A stretch of 64,000 bases of DNA from an uncultured Acidimicrobiales bacterium (GCA_943788915.1 CALSSD010000007.1:1-64000), one strand, 5' to 3'; numbered from the stretch's first letter, positions 30,935 through 40,950 are shown. Program-made: numbers and translations. The notes: generated by a model from the letters alone, not told the origin.

Positions 30935-32610
30935 GGTTGGCTCCCAGGCCGAGCGGGCATCGCCCATTGGTCAATCATTGCTGCATCGTTGCCAAGATCC
31001 GCAAGACGCGGTGCTCCCTGAAACAACGTGACACGAAGCCAATCGGTCGACTTCGGCTTGAAGTTGTCCATGCCGTACATCGCTAACTGGAAGCGTTGCA
31101 GCTGCAATGGCAAGAAGTTGGCGCTGCAAACATTATCTCGCGGCTCGCCGTAGACGTCGCCACTCGTGACGACACGCTCAACGGCCATTCGCAGTTCTGG
31201 CTGGTCCCGCAGCAGTGTTGCGACTGACAGATCTTTGTCAGCCAGTTCAAGCGCCCGACTCAGTTCCGCGACACGGAGCGCAACATCGATCGCAACATCG
31301 CGCCCATCGGAACGGAATCTGGCCCGAGGCGCTCGCCGAGGTTCCTCGGTGTTGTCGCTGATCAGCCACAAATAGTGGTCGGCATCGGTCGCTGCCAGGT
31401 CGAGTTGATCAAGCCAGGAAAACCGCTGCGCCAGCAGGTCAACAAGGCTGCCGACCGTTAGCCCTGGGTCGACGGAGCAGCCCTCGTCGACGTAGAACAT
31501 CTCATCGATGACCTCGTCGTCCCCTTCGTGGATTTCAATCAACAAAGCAACGACAAGTTCGGTGAGTTCAGCAGACTGATCACTCGCCCATCGATAGAGC
31601 TCGTCCCACGCCCGAGGATGTGATCGAAGCTCATCAAACTTCGCGTGAATCTGGTCGATGAAACCGACAAGCTCTCGCGGATTGAGGAACGGAGCGCACT
31701 CGTCGGTCGTGCCGGTTGAGAACGCGTCTCGAGCCCGGTCGATCCAGTCACAAAGCGCCCGGCACCGAGCCTCGGTCACGGTCATTTCTCGAACCTGGGC
31801 TAGAGCAATCTCACGTACTGCGGCCCACGCGTGAATTACGTGCGGATGTTTCATGGCATAAGGCACGAGTCCTAGCCCGGTTGCATTTCCCAACCCAAAG
31901 AACCGTTTCCACTGGTCATCAAATGCAACTGCTCGAGTTCCACCTTGCCTTGCCGCACAGTGTTCGATGACGTCATAGCTGAGCTCTCGATACAACCACG
32001 CAGCCAACATTTGTGCCCGATAAGGAACGCGGAGCGGGTGCGATGGGGCATATCCAGCGAACGAGCGCATGCCGTATTTACCATTCCCATAGAACGCAGT
32101 ACTTCGCATCATGTAGCCGGCGTCGCCGACCAACTCGGCATCTGGTTGCCCTCCGCCGGCAAGACAGTCAACGATGTACTGGAAGAAGCGCAGGCTGCGA
32201 TTACCCCGCGTCAGCACCAAGACTCGGGCATCGACGCGACCGTCTTCCTGTTTGGGCACCTCGGCCCGCAGCATCGCCATGAGCTCATTGGTCAGGTCAC
32301 CTTCGACAAGCGCTCCGGTGATCTCCCAGTTGTTGGCCACAACTCGATCAGTGTGTTCCGATTCATCAAGCGTCGTGGTGAACGCCACGAAGTGAAATAC
32401 TCGGTCGGCGATACGGATCTCGTAGGCAGCTTCACCACAGCCCTCGGCATCGATCTCAAAGAGCACGCGCTGCGCTTGCCAGCCATCGACGACTGCTCGT
32501 CGTAGCAACATCCGACTGAAGCTGTACCGAGTCAAACGAGCGGCGCCAAGCGTGAGCGGTGCCATGACAACTTCGGAGTCGCGCAGACGATCTCGATACT
32601 CGCTAACCAT
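30931..32610 (-). CDS. Conserved-looking hypothetical protein (~559 aa)
   Basis: Long ORF with non-random Gly/aromatic motifs (TDRVVA..WE, LTRGNRS.R.F, GYMMRSTAFYGNGKYG, GLGNATGLGLVPY, RVTLFQGAP); translationally coupled to the dipeptidase. Confidence 0.85.
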   Translation of the reverse strand: MVSEYRDRLRDSEVVMAPLTLGAARLTRYSFSRMLLRRAVVDGWQAQRVLFEIDAEGCGEAAYEIRIADRVFHFVAFTTTLDESEHTDRVVANNWEITGALVEGDLTNELMAMLRAEVPKQEDGRVDARVLVLTRGNRSLRFFQYIVDCLAGGGQPDAELVGDAGYMMRSTAFYGNGKYGMRSFAGYAPSHPLRVPYRAQMLAAWLYRELSYDVIEHCAARQGGTRAVAFDDQWKRFFGLGNATGLGLVPYAMKHPHVIHAWAAVREIALAQVREMTVTEARCRALCDWIDRARDAFSTGTTDECAPFLNPRELVGFIDQIHAKFDELRSHPRAWDELYRWASDQSAELTELVVALLIEIHEGDDEVIDEMFYVDEGCSVDPGLTVGSLVDLLAQRFSWLDQLDLAATDADHYLWLISDNTEEPRRAPRARFRSDGRDVAIDVALRVAELSRALELADKDLSVATLLRDQPELRMAVERVVTSGDVYGEPRDNVCSANFLPLQLQRFQLAMYGMDNFKPKSTDWLRVTLFQGAPRLADLGNDAAMIDQWAMPARPGSQP

Positions 32611-32995
32611 CGATGCAAGTCGCTCGCCCGTATGTGTAACCACGACCACCAAGTATACGCATATCGTTGGCAGCAGAATCTCTGTTCGGGACGAGAACGC
32701 TTTCGTCAGCACGTTACGGCAAATGTTCGATCCTTCGAATGCATGGGCAATCAAGGCAACTAACACCCGACGAGCAATTCTCGACGCGGCGGTAATGGCG
32801 ACTTTGGCGCCAACACGCGCACGATCGAATCGACGAGACGACAGCACTTCTTGCAAGGTTTGTCGACGATGACCTATGGCTTAGAAGCTTGTCCGGCCTC
32901 GCTCCCCTTTCGACGAGGTGAGGGCCATGCTGTTCGAGCAACTCTTCGAGCACGATCACGCGCTTTCAACCGCACAACCAGCGACGCAGCAGCAA

Positions 32996-33883
32996 TCAAA
33001 CGCAGCGGCGATCCGTCGCCACCGCTACGCGATGCATGACGCGGCGATGGGGCAGATAGTCGACGACGGCATAGTGCTGGGTGCCTCGGTTATCCCAGAT
33101 GGCAATGGTGTTCGGCATCCACCGCAACCGGACATGGTGCTCTGGTCGATTGGTGATGTCGAAGAGCATGGTCAGAAGTCGAGCACCCTCGGGCGCCGAC
33201 ATGCCAATGATCCATCGGGTAAACGATTCGCTGACGTTCAGATACGGACGTCCACTTACTGGATGATGCATGACGACCGGGTGTACTGCTATGCCGGCCT
33301 GACCCATCGCCTCGACAACGCCCGCGTTGCCTCCAGCTGCATACGCTCCGTTGCGAAAAGCTCCCATGTCATGCACGACCTCGAGCTCGGCCAACTCGCT
33401 CTACAACCCATCGCTTAGCGACTCGTACACCGAGTGCATACTCGCCCACAGCGTGTCGCCACCAACGGGCGGCAGTTCAACCGCCCGCAAGATCGATGCG
33501 AACGGTGGACGTTCGCGATAGGTCATGTCGCTATGCCATTCAGCGGCGTCGGGCGTGTCATCGCCTTGCCAACTGAGCACGACGACATCGTCGGCGTCAG
33601 GGTGCGTGGGGTAGCTGTGGTGGCGAGCGCCAAGTGTTCCCAGCGACTCACCTAGCCGCACCAGATCAACCGGGTGAAGGTCTGCATCGCGGATGAACAC
33701 CACCTGATGCTCGATGAGCATCTCGTACAGCGACTCGATCAGCGCCGGGTCGCGCAAACTCTCCGCACGCATACCCACCAGATCTGCACCAAGCGCTGGC
33801 GATAACCGTTCGGCGTGCAACGTGTCGAGATAGTAGACACATTCATGGTCCTTGTCTGGCGACGGCCTGCGCTCCTTTCGCAC
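32996..33883 (-). pseudogene. TauD/TfdA dioxygenase interrupted by an in-frame TAG at 33403-33401
   Basis: WHSDMTY and GGDTLWASM before the stop; HPVVMHHPVSGR and WDNRGTQH after it, in the same frame. Start uncertain. Confidence 0.8.
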
Positions 33884-33913
33884 GCTGAATCACTTCGCGG
33901 ATAGGGTGGCCAG

Positions 33914-34810
33914 ATGGGTGCAACGGTGTCGAACGAGCTTCGCGTGCTGTCTCAACAACAGATCACGCGCTACCACGAACAGGGTTACCTTCTTATTGAA
34001 GGTGCGGTTAGCGAAGAGTGGCTGGCCCGGCTCCAGAGCGCGAGCGATGAGTTCATCGAAGAAAGTCGGTCGCTGAGCACCAGCAACAAGAAGCTCGACC
34101 TCGAGCCGGACCACAGTGCAGAAACCCCGCGCCTTCGGCGGCTGACCAATCCGGTTGATCATCACCCGGCCTTTGCCGAGTTCACGCTCGCTGGACCAGC
34201 GGCCGACATCGCGTTGGACTTGCTTGGCTCGCCAGCCCGCTACCACCATTCAAAACTGAACTACAAGTGGTCAGATGGTGGCGAAGTTGTCGACTGGCAC
34301 CAGGACATCCAGTATTGGCCCCATTCCGACTTCACGCCGCTCACCATTGGGGTGTACCTCAATGACGTTGACGACGAGATGGGCCCCATGGGCATAGTGC
34401 CCGGTAGCCACACCGGTGAACTATTCAACTTGTATGCCAACGACAACGAGACGTGGACCGGCTCGATCCGAGCCGACGATCTGCCCAGAATCGATCTTGC
34501 TTCCGCCAACTATCTAAAGGGTCCCGCAGGCTCGATAACCGTGCACAACTGCGGCTGCGTCCATGGTTCGATGCCCAACAACTCTGGTCGCGTGCGCCCG
34601 TTGTTACTGCAGACGTATTCGGCCTTCGACAGCTTTCCGCTACTCGGCGTGGGTGCGAACGGTGCCACCGGCCGCACCTCAGGCATGCTCATTGGGCAGG
34701 GCGAGCCCGCTCGTTCGCTCACCGTGCACGGTCGAACAATGCCAGCCGCACCTGATTGGTCCCGTGGTGGCTACACCACCATTTTTGACGTGCAACAAGA
34801 CCGTAAGTAA
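33914..34810 (+). CDS. Phytanoyl-CoA dioxygenase (PhyH) family Fe(II)/2OG oxygenase
   Basis: HSKLNYK, WHQDIQYWPH, GPMGIVPGSH and HGSMPNNS..RP motifs; TAGGGT -10 6 nt before ATG. Confidence 0.9.
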   Translation: MGATVSNELRVLSQQQITRYHEQGYLLIEGAVSEEWLARLQSASDEFIEESRSLSTSNKKLDLEPDHSAETPRLRRLTNPVDHHPAFAEFTLAGPAADIALDLLGSPARYHHSKLNYKWSDGGEVVDWHQDIQYWPHSDFTPLTIGVYLNDVDDEMGPMGIVPGSHTGELFNLYANDNETWTGSIRADDLPRIDLASANYLKGPAGSITVHNCGCVHGSMPNNSGRVRPLLLQTYSAFDSFPLLGVGANGATGRTSGMLIGQGEPARSLTVHGRTMPAAPDWSRGGYTTIFDVQQDRK

Positions 34811-34858
34811 CGGCTCTGGGATAACGAACAGAACGTCGGGTGCACTCGCGAGCTTCGT

Positions 34859-35212
34859 GAATTATTGTCACACCACGGAGCAACCAAAGAGAGTACGTTT
34901 TCCCCTACTGACCTTCGGGAGGCGATTGTGCAATTGGTCTCAGCTCCACAGTGACAATGGCCACGTGGCGACGCCGACGTCGATGCCTTCCACCTCGCTT
35001 ATCACCTGCTCACAACAGCGATCAGCAACCCGGCCAATCAGATCGAATTTCGTATCTATGCCGGGACTATGCAGTTCCTGCGTGGCCTAAGCGTCTTGCA
35101 TGCACGTCGCACATTTGACGGCAGTAGCGGTGAGCGCGATCTGCAAGACACCTACTTCGACTGTGACGATGTTGCCGCGCTAGCGGCAGGTATCTCTGGA
35201 GAGGCGCGATGA
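34859..35212 (+). pseudogene. Remnant of a gamma-butyrobetaine hydroxylase/TmpA-like dioxygenase
   Basis: Manual translation of 34955-35212 includes DVDAFHLAYHLLTTAISNPANQIEFRIYAGTMQFLRGLSVLHARRTFDGSSGERDLQDTYFDCDDV, the BBOX C-terminal pattern. Its stop overlaps the ATG of the HD gene. Confidence 0.7.
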
Positions 35213-35790
35213 GCACCCATACCGTGACCTGGATATCCATGGCCGACGGCAGCCAAGCTGACTACGAGGTACTGACACCACTGTTCGAAGAACATGCGCG
35301 AAGTGCACTCGTCGACAACCTCGTCTCTATGCTTGCGATGTTGCGAGGGCCGCTTCTCGGCTACCAGATAGACCGATATGACCACTCGCTTCAGTCGGCA
35401 ACACGGGCTCACCGCAACGGCGAACGAATCGATCTGGTCATTGGCGCGTTGTTGCACGACGTGGCCGACGCGTTCGCACCCGAGAACCACAGCGATGCCG
35501 CAGCGGCGTTACTCGCTCCTTACGTCGACGACGAAACCCACTGGGTCATCAAACACCACGGGATCTTCCAGGGTTATTACTACTTCCATCACCTCGGCGG
35601 CGACCGACACGCCCGAGATCGCTACGCAGACTCGCCATACTTCGATGCGTGCGTCCAGTTTTGTGCAGAGTATGACCAGAACTGCTTCGACCCGAACTAC
35701 GACTCTATGACGCTCGACAACTTCCGTCCGATGCTCGACGAAGTGTTTGCCCGACCCTCACGGGTACCCGGCATTGCCCCGTTGGCATGA
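35209..35790 (+). CDS. HD-domain protein, diiron oxygenase-like (PhnZ/TmpB/MIOX-type ligand spacing)
   Basis: DHSLQSA, ALLHDVAD, NH, HHGIFQGYYY and YDQ. Confidence 0.85.
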   Translation: MSTHTVTWISMADGSQADYEVLTPLFEEHARSALVDNLVSMLAMLRGPLLGYQIDRYDHSLQSATRAHRNGERIDLVIGALLHDVADAFAPENHSDAAAALLAPYVDDETHWVIKHHGIFQGYYYFHHLGGDRHARDRYADSPYFDACVQFCAEYDQNCFDPNYDSMTLDNFRPMLDEVFARPSRVPGIAPLA

Positions 35791-35883
35791 CGCCTCTCAC
35801 AAATCGCTTTGTGGGCCCCGACCGTGTTCTCTCGGATCACCCAAACGACTTCCTTACGCAGCTCCTAGACAGGTCAGTTGGCG

Positions 35884-36771
35884 TCAGGTTTGCAGGCACA
35901 GGACTTCTGAGACCGACTCGACAGCTTCACTCCAGTCCTCGGGTGGCTCGGCGGGCCGGATCACGAACTTCGAGAATCCAACGTCGAGAAATGCGTGGAT
36001 TCGCTCGGCAAGCCCCGACGCGCCACAGCCGATGGTGTGGGTCGGGTCAAATCCAGGTCGCCGAGCTTCAATGCTGGCCAGCAACTTGTCGCTCATTGGG
36101 CCAGTAACCCACGACAGGTTCATGCCGAAGTGTTCGTCGTCGATCTCGCGTCCCGCGGCCTGTGCTTCAGAAGTGATGACTTCGCGCATCGCCGCTGCCT
36201 CGTCGGGTGAGCACAGGCCAGGCATCCACCCTTCGCCGATACGGCCACAACGCCTGAGGGATGCCGGAACCTGTCCACCCAGCCATACTTCGAGCGGATC
36301 TTGTTTTGGGTGAACAGCAAGTTCAACGTTCTTGTAGTTGTAGAAACGGCCCTCGAAGCACAGCGGTTCGCCCGCCCAGAGCGTGCGCATGATATGCAAC
36401 GATTCCTCGAGCATTGCTGATCGTTCTGCTGCCACGACCGATTGTGCATCGAGTTCGTCGGGCTGGTTCAGCCCGAGCACGCCTAGCAGCAACAAACGCC
36501 CGTTCGACAAGACATCGAGTGTGGCCAACTCCTTTGCGAGTCGAACCGGATCACGTCCGGGAACGATCAGATGCGTGCCGACTTTCAACCGGTCGCAGCG
36601 CCCCGCAGCGATACTTAGTGCAGCAATTGGATCAAAGACCGACGTCGTAATCACGTCGGGAACCCAAATCGAGTCATACCCCAGATCATCAAGCGCATCG
36701 ACGAGCCTGAGGTATCCGCACGAATCATCGGTCGCCCCAACTCCTGCTGCAACGCCGATCCGAACTTTCAT
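35884..36771 (-). CDS. LLM-class flavin/F420-dependent oxidoreductase
   Basis: GYDSIWVPD, PGRDPVRLAKELATLDVLSNGR, VWLGG and GEGWMPG motifs. Confidence 0.9.
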   Translation of the reverse strand: MKVRIGVAAGVGATDDSCGYLRLVDALDDLGYDSIWVPDVITTSVFDPIAALSIAAGRCDRLKVGTHLIVPGRDPVRLAKELATLDVLSNGRLLLLGVLGLNQPDELDAQSVVAAERSAMLEESLHIMRTLWAGEPLCFEGRFYNYKNVELAVHPKQDPLEVWLGGQVPASLRRCGRIGEGWMPGLCSPDEAAAMREVITSEAQAAGREIDDEHFGMNLSWVTGPMSDKLLASIEARRPGFDPTHTIGCGASGLAERIHAFLDVGFSKFVIRPAEPPEDWSEAVESVSEVLCLQT

Positions 36772-36809
36772 AGTCGGAACCTAGCTCACCGATCGGAGGA
36801 CAACCGGCG

Positions 36810-38123
36810 TCACCTGTTGACGATTCGGCCTTCGGGGATGCCTGCGGCGTTACGACGGCGTCGAGGGATCAAGTTTGCGGCAACCGAAGAGGCCCGCGCA
36901 GGGAAGTAGATGTGTAAGCGTTGCCGTTCTTGTGGGAGCGCGTCCTTGGACACGATCCGCACGAGAATGAACAGCGACACCGACGCGAAGATGGCAGTAA
37001 TCGTCCAGAAGAACAACCGCGGGCCGAAGCCTGCCATAAGGCCGGCCGCCAGCAACGGGCCAGCGATGGCGCCAGTGCCGTTGACCCTGACCAACGTGCC
37101 GCTCGCTCCGAGGATTTCCTCGGCTTTCAACCAGTCGTTCGAGTAGGCAACCGTCAACGAGTAGAACGGAAACATCGCGCCACCCATCAAGAACATGGCT
37201 CCGATTGCCACCGGCGATCCGTCTTGGACTAGCAACGCCAACAGCGGCGCGAGCGTCGCAGCCACCGCTACACCGAACAACACGCCTCGGCGAGGAAGAT
37301 GATCCGACAACCAGCCGATCGGCCACTGGAAAACCAATGCCCCGATCATCGGCGCTGCCAGAAACAACGAGATGCGACCGGCACTCATCCCTACCTGCGA
37401 GGCATACACCGCACCCATACCCAGAAGTGCACCAGCTCCGGCGCCACTGAAGAACGACGACACGAGCCCGGTCGGGACCCGTGAGATAAGAGCGCGCAAT
37501 CCCATCGGCTCGGGCACCGCAACTGGTGGAGCACTCGACGCAGACAACGTCACCGGCACCAACGAGAACGACACCAGCACAGAAACGATGATGAAAAGCG
37601 TGAAGCCTGACGAATCGTTGACATTGAGCAACAGTTGACCGCCAGCGATGCCTCCCATGGTGACAATCATGTACACGGACAGCATTCGACCTCTGGTCCT
37701 ATTCGTCGCCAAATCATTGAGCCACGACTCGACAATGACATACAGACCGGCCATGCAAGCGCCGAAGAGGAACCGAGTGATCATCCATGTTCCGGGTGTG
37801 ACCGACAGTGCCTGCAAAAGAACGACACTCGACGCAGTCGATGCCAGCGCAGCGAAGACCCGGATGTGCCCCACGCTCTTGAGAGCTCGCTCGGCATACG
37901 TCGTGCCGAGCAAGAACCCTGCAAAATAAGCAGCCATAATGACACCGGTAATCCCAAGACTGAAGCCTTCTTCGTCACTTCGCACCCCGAGCACCGACCC
38001 GTTGAGGCCGTTGCCCACCATGACCAGAGCGAGCCCGACGAAGAGTGCCCACGTTGCTGCGGCGACCGAGGTCTGCGGGATCAAAGGCCGACTGGTGCCA
38101 CGTTCGTCGATGACCTCAACCAT
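36810..38123 (-). CDS. MFS transporter (YcaD-like)
   Basis: VGHIRVFAALAS, VESWLN, RGRMLSVY and QWPIGWLSD motifs; about 12 TM segments. Confidence 0.88.
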   Translation of the reverse strand: MVEVIDERGTSRPLIPQTSVAAATWALFVGLALVMVGNGLNGSVLGVRSDEEGFSLGITGVIMAAYFAGFLLGTTYAERALKSVGHIRVFAALASTASSVVLLQALSVTPGTWMITRFLFGACMAGLYVIVESWLNDLATNRTRGRMLSVYMIVTMGGIAGGQLLLNVNDSSGFTLFIIVSVLVSFSLVPVTLSASSAPPVAVPEPMGLRALISRVPTGLVSSFFSGAGAGALLGMGAVYASQVGMSAGRISLFLAAPMIGALVFQWPIGWLSDHLPRRGVLFGVAVAATLAPLLALLVQDGSPVAIGAMFLMGGAMFPFYSLTVAYSNDWLKAEEILGASGTLVRVNGTGAIAGPLLAAGLMAGFGPRLFFWTITAIFASVSLFILVRIVSKDALPQERQRLHIYFPARASSVAANLIPRRRRNAAGIPEGRIVNR

Positions 38124-38251
38124 TGCCCATACCGAGGTCACGATCGTCCTGTGACTCAGAATAACAAATGGCGATGCCATCACCATTGGTGATGCTAAGT
38201 GGACCAGCCTTGACCCAATACCGAATCGCGCGGCATGCGCACCCTGGGTTG

Positions 38252-39139
38252 CTATCCAAGATCACCGGCGGATGCTTGTTCCACGGAGAAACCCTCGACC
38301 AGAGTGGCCTGCAGTGCTCTGACCGCCGCATCGCGCGACCGTTGCGAACGGCGAGCGATCAGTTTCACCTCGGGGAGGCCACAAGGCAAACCGAGACCTT
38401 CGCCCCGAACCGCGACACCCGGCGCAACCGGGTGTGCTTCATTCAACACGGCGACACCAAGTCCTGCTTCAACCGCAGCGATGACACCCGACGTGCTCTC
38501 ACACTCGACGACGACAACATGTTCGAAGCCGGCTTCTCGCAGTAGCTTCTCGGCGATGGGCCGATAGAAGCCGCGTGGGCCGAACGTGATCAACGGCACC
38601 GAGCCGTCTTCTTCCAGTGCAAGGTCGGGTGAGGCAAACCAACCGAGTCGATCGCGGCGAAGCACGACATCGGTTTCCTTGAGGTCGCTTGCAAGGACCT
38701 GGACGATGGCAAGGTCGAGTTCGCCGGCGCGAAGCCATGCACCGACGACGCTGCTCAACCCGATGCGGGTATGCACCCCCACCCTAGGGTGCTGCTCTCG
38801 AAAGCTCCGGATGATGTCGGCGACCTGATCGATCTGCGGTTCGTCATTACACCCGAGGCGTACGGTGCCGGTGAGCTCACGCAGCCTCAGAGCGGCTACG
38901 GCGTCGTCGTGTGCCGTAAGAATGCGTTCGGCATGGGTCAGTAACTCATGACCCATCTCGGTTGGCTCAATCGACTTGCCATCACGAACCAAGAGCGCGT
39001 GCCCCAGCCGTTCCTCGAGCCTTTTCATCTTCCAACTCACCGCTGACTGAGTCAGATGTAGGCGCGCTGCCGCACCGGTGAAACTGCCGGACTCAACAAT
39101 GGCTCGAAGTGTCCGCAAGGAGTCGATATCGAGTCGCAC
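38252..39139 (-). CDS. LysR family transcriptional regulator
   Basis: LDIDSLRTL..IVESGSFTGAAARLHLTQSAVS HTH; CATAGT 6 nt before GTG 39139. Confidence 0.92.
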   Translation of the reverse strand: MRLDIDSLRTLRAIVESGSFTGAAARLHLTQSAVSWKMKRLEERLGHALLVRDGKSIEPTEMGHELLTHAERILTAHDDAVAALRLRELTGTVRLGCNDEPQIDQVADIIRSFREQHPRVGVHTRIGLSSVVGAWLRAGELDLAIVQVLASDLKETDVVLRRDRLGWFASPDLALEEDGSVPLITFGPRGFYRPIAEKLLREAGFEHVVVVECESTSGVIAAVEAGLGVAVLNEAHPVAPGVAVRGEGLGLPCGLPEVKLIARRSQRSRDAAVRALQATLVEGFSVEQASAGDLG

Positions 39140-39190
39140 TCGCGCACTATGACAGACCAGCCGTAGTTTCGCCACCAAAAATCTGTCTAC

Positions 39191-39236
39191 GACTGCTCTA
39201 AGCCTGGATTGAGGACTGCCCTAAGCATGGATTGAG
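39191..39236. promoter_or_regulatory. 23-bp direct repeat x2 in the divergent promoter (candidate LysR sites)
   Basis: gactgctctaagcctggattgag / gactgccctaagcatggattgag. Confidence 0.55.
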
Positions 39237-39248
39237 ATAGCCTTTCGT

Positions 39249-39554
39249 ATGGCGCGCATGAAAGACTTTTTCGTCGAATGGCAAGCTCGCCGCGCCGGAC
39301 GGCGAGGAATGTCGCCGACTATTGGTCGGGCTACTCGAGACGTCACCGGCCCAACAGGCTGGGTCTTCTCGAATGCGTGGGACCAACTCGATCAGCACGG
39401 CGATGCCTATATGAAGTCGTTCGATCGGCGTGTGCCGCCCAGCATCTTCGTCTCAGAACGAGACCGCACTCGGTTCAACCAGCCGATGCCGATCATCGAG
39501 CGGTGTCTCGAAGATCGCGGGCCCCAATCAGTCCGCCACGACGAGCAGAGCTGA
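39249..39554 (+). CDS. Small hypothetical protein divergent from LysR
   Basis: 101-aa ORF filling the gap; TAGCCT -10 5 nt before ATG. Confidence 0.5.
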   Translation: MARMKDFFVEWQARRAGRRGMSPTIGRATRDVTGPTGWVFSNAWDQLDQHGDAYMKSFDRRVPPSIFVSERDRTRFNQPMPIIERCLEDRGPQSVRHDEQS

Positions 39555-40787
39555 CGACGTCGGCAATATTGGCAAGGTCAGGCGTTCGGCCCGCCGATCG
39601 TTTGGGAAGCCAAGCACCACGTCATTTCCTGAGACGAACGCCACGAACCGACCGTCTGGCGACCACCCGGCCGCCGAGATCGCCCCTTCGGCAACATCCC
39701 AACGGTCCCCCGTTTCGATCTCAATGATCTGAGCGACGTCACCGCTTGCGATGAGCACGAACTCGCCGAGCGGCGAGATATACACCTGGGATGTGACACC
39801 GACATCGAGTCGGGTCCCTTCGGTATTGTCGACGCCGGTCACGTACAGCTCACAGACCAAGACCTCGTCGCAACGCTCGTAGACCTCGCTCTGCATACCA
39901 GCAGCGACGACTCGGTCATCGCTGACCTTTTCAACACCGACCCCCCGTCGGGTCAGCCGATAGGTACCGCCGGTCGCTGGAACAATGAGCAGCCCGCGAC
40001 CGGGAACCCCCATGATCTCACTGCCTACTGGAACATCGAACCCAGGACCCCACGCGCCGAACGAGCTGATGCCGATATTGGTAGGTGCGATGCTCGGGTT
40101 GATGAACGCAACCGCACCCTCGAGACCTATGTCGACCACCTCGAACTGGGTCGAGACCAGATACACGGTACTGAGGTCGCTCGGATCGACCGCCCAGGTC
40201 TGCTCACCATTGGAGAGCAAGGGAAAACGAACCGCTTCCTCGAATCCGACCGCCACCTTGAGCTCGGGCACCGTCGCCCCGTCGCTACTGAGCATCTGCA
40301 AACCCATCTGACTCGGGTAGACCACCGCGTATCGTCGGTCACCGTCTATATCGAGCCGAAACAGATCGGCGATGCGATCTGACGCCAAGTGGTCATCGCT
40401 CGGGGGGAAGTTCGGATCGCCGCTGCGTGCGACTGGCCCCGCCGGAACATCGGCACCAGAGGACGTAGAGTCGGCCGCCACACGGTCGATCGCTGGCACA
40501 GTGGGTTCGTCGGCGACATCATCGCCATCGTCTCCAAAGACCAGAGTTGCTATCAGCGCAACCAGTGCGACGAGGCCCAACACGACGAAGACGCTGATCA
40601 TGCGACGACGTCGCATCCCGCCAACGGAGCTACGACTTTCTGAACCGACCTCGGTATCCGCCATGATCGTCGTTCCGATATCGGGGATGATTTCGGTGCC
40701 TACGTGGGAGCTATGCGCGACGCGCTCCTGCGCTGATCTCCCTTTTCCGCCAAGTGCGTACCCACAGTGAGGGCAGGTCGCTTCCAT
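39528..40787 (-). CDS. Hypothetical membrane-anchored protein (N-terminal CxxC, single TM, beta-propeller-like C-terminus)
   Basis: CPHCG, hydrophobic ISVFVVLGLVALVALIA, and ISPLGEF / WSPDGRFVAF blade-like motifs. Confidence 0.7.
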   Translation of the reverse strand: MEATCPHCGYALGGKGRSAQERVAHSSHVGTEIIPDIGTTIMADTEVGSESRSSVGGMRRRRMISVFVVLGLVALVALIATLVFGDDGDDVADEPTVPAIDRVAADSTSSGADVPAGPVARSGDPNFPPSDDHLASDRIADLFRLDIDGDRRYAVVYPSQMGLQMLSSDGATVPELKVAVGFEEAVRFPLLSNGEQTWAVDPSDLSTVYLVSTQFEVVDIGLEGAVAFINPSIAPTNIGISSFGAWGPGFDVPVGSEIMGVPGRGLLIVPATGGTYRLTRRGVGVEKVSDDRVVAAGMQSEVYERCDEVLVCELYVTGVDNTEGTRLDVGVTSQVYISPLGEFVLIASGDVAQIIEIETGDRWDVAEGAISAAGWSPDGRFVAFVSGNDVVLGFPNDRRAERLTLPILPTSSALLVVAD

Positions 40788-40950
40788 AATTTAAATTCTA
40801 GATGGCTTTGTTGTTGCCAGCCGTGTCGAACTGACGCTGAGTAACGAACCACATGACAATGCGCCAAATGTCGGTGGTGCTCCCGCGTGGTACGTTCTAA
40901 TCGCTGCGTGTCCGTTACTGGGGTGTGACACGCCGACCAATTGGAGGGGA

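Noticed and set aside
32620..32990. Possible dehydrogenase remnant (LVERGARPDKLLSHR)
   Set aside because: Too short and degenerate to support without a search.
33401..33403. Pyrrolysine or other recoding at the TauD amber codon
   Set aside because: No pyl genes in view, a non-catalytic position, and TAG is used as a normal stop elsewhere in the window.
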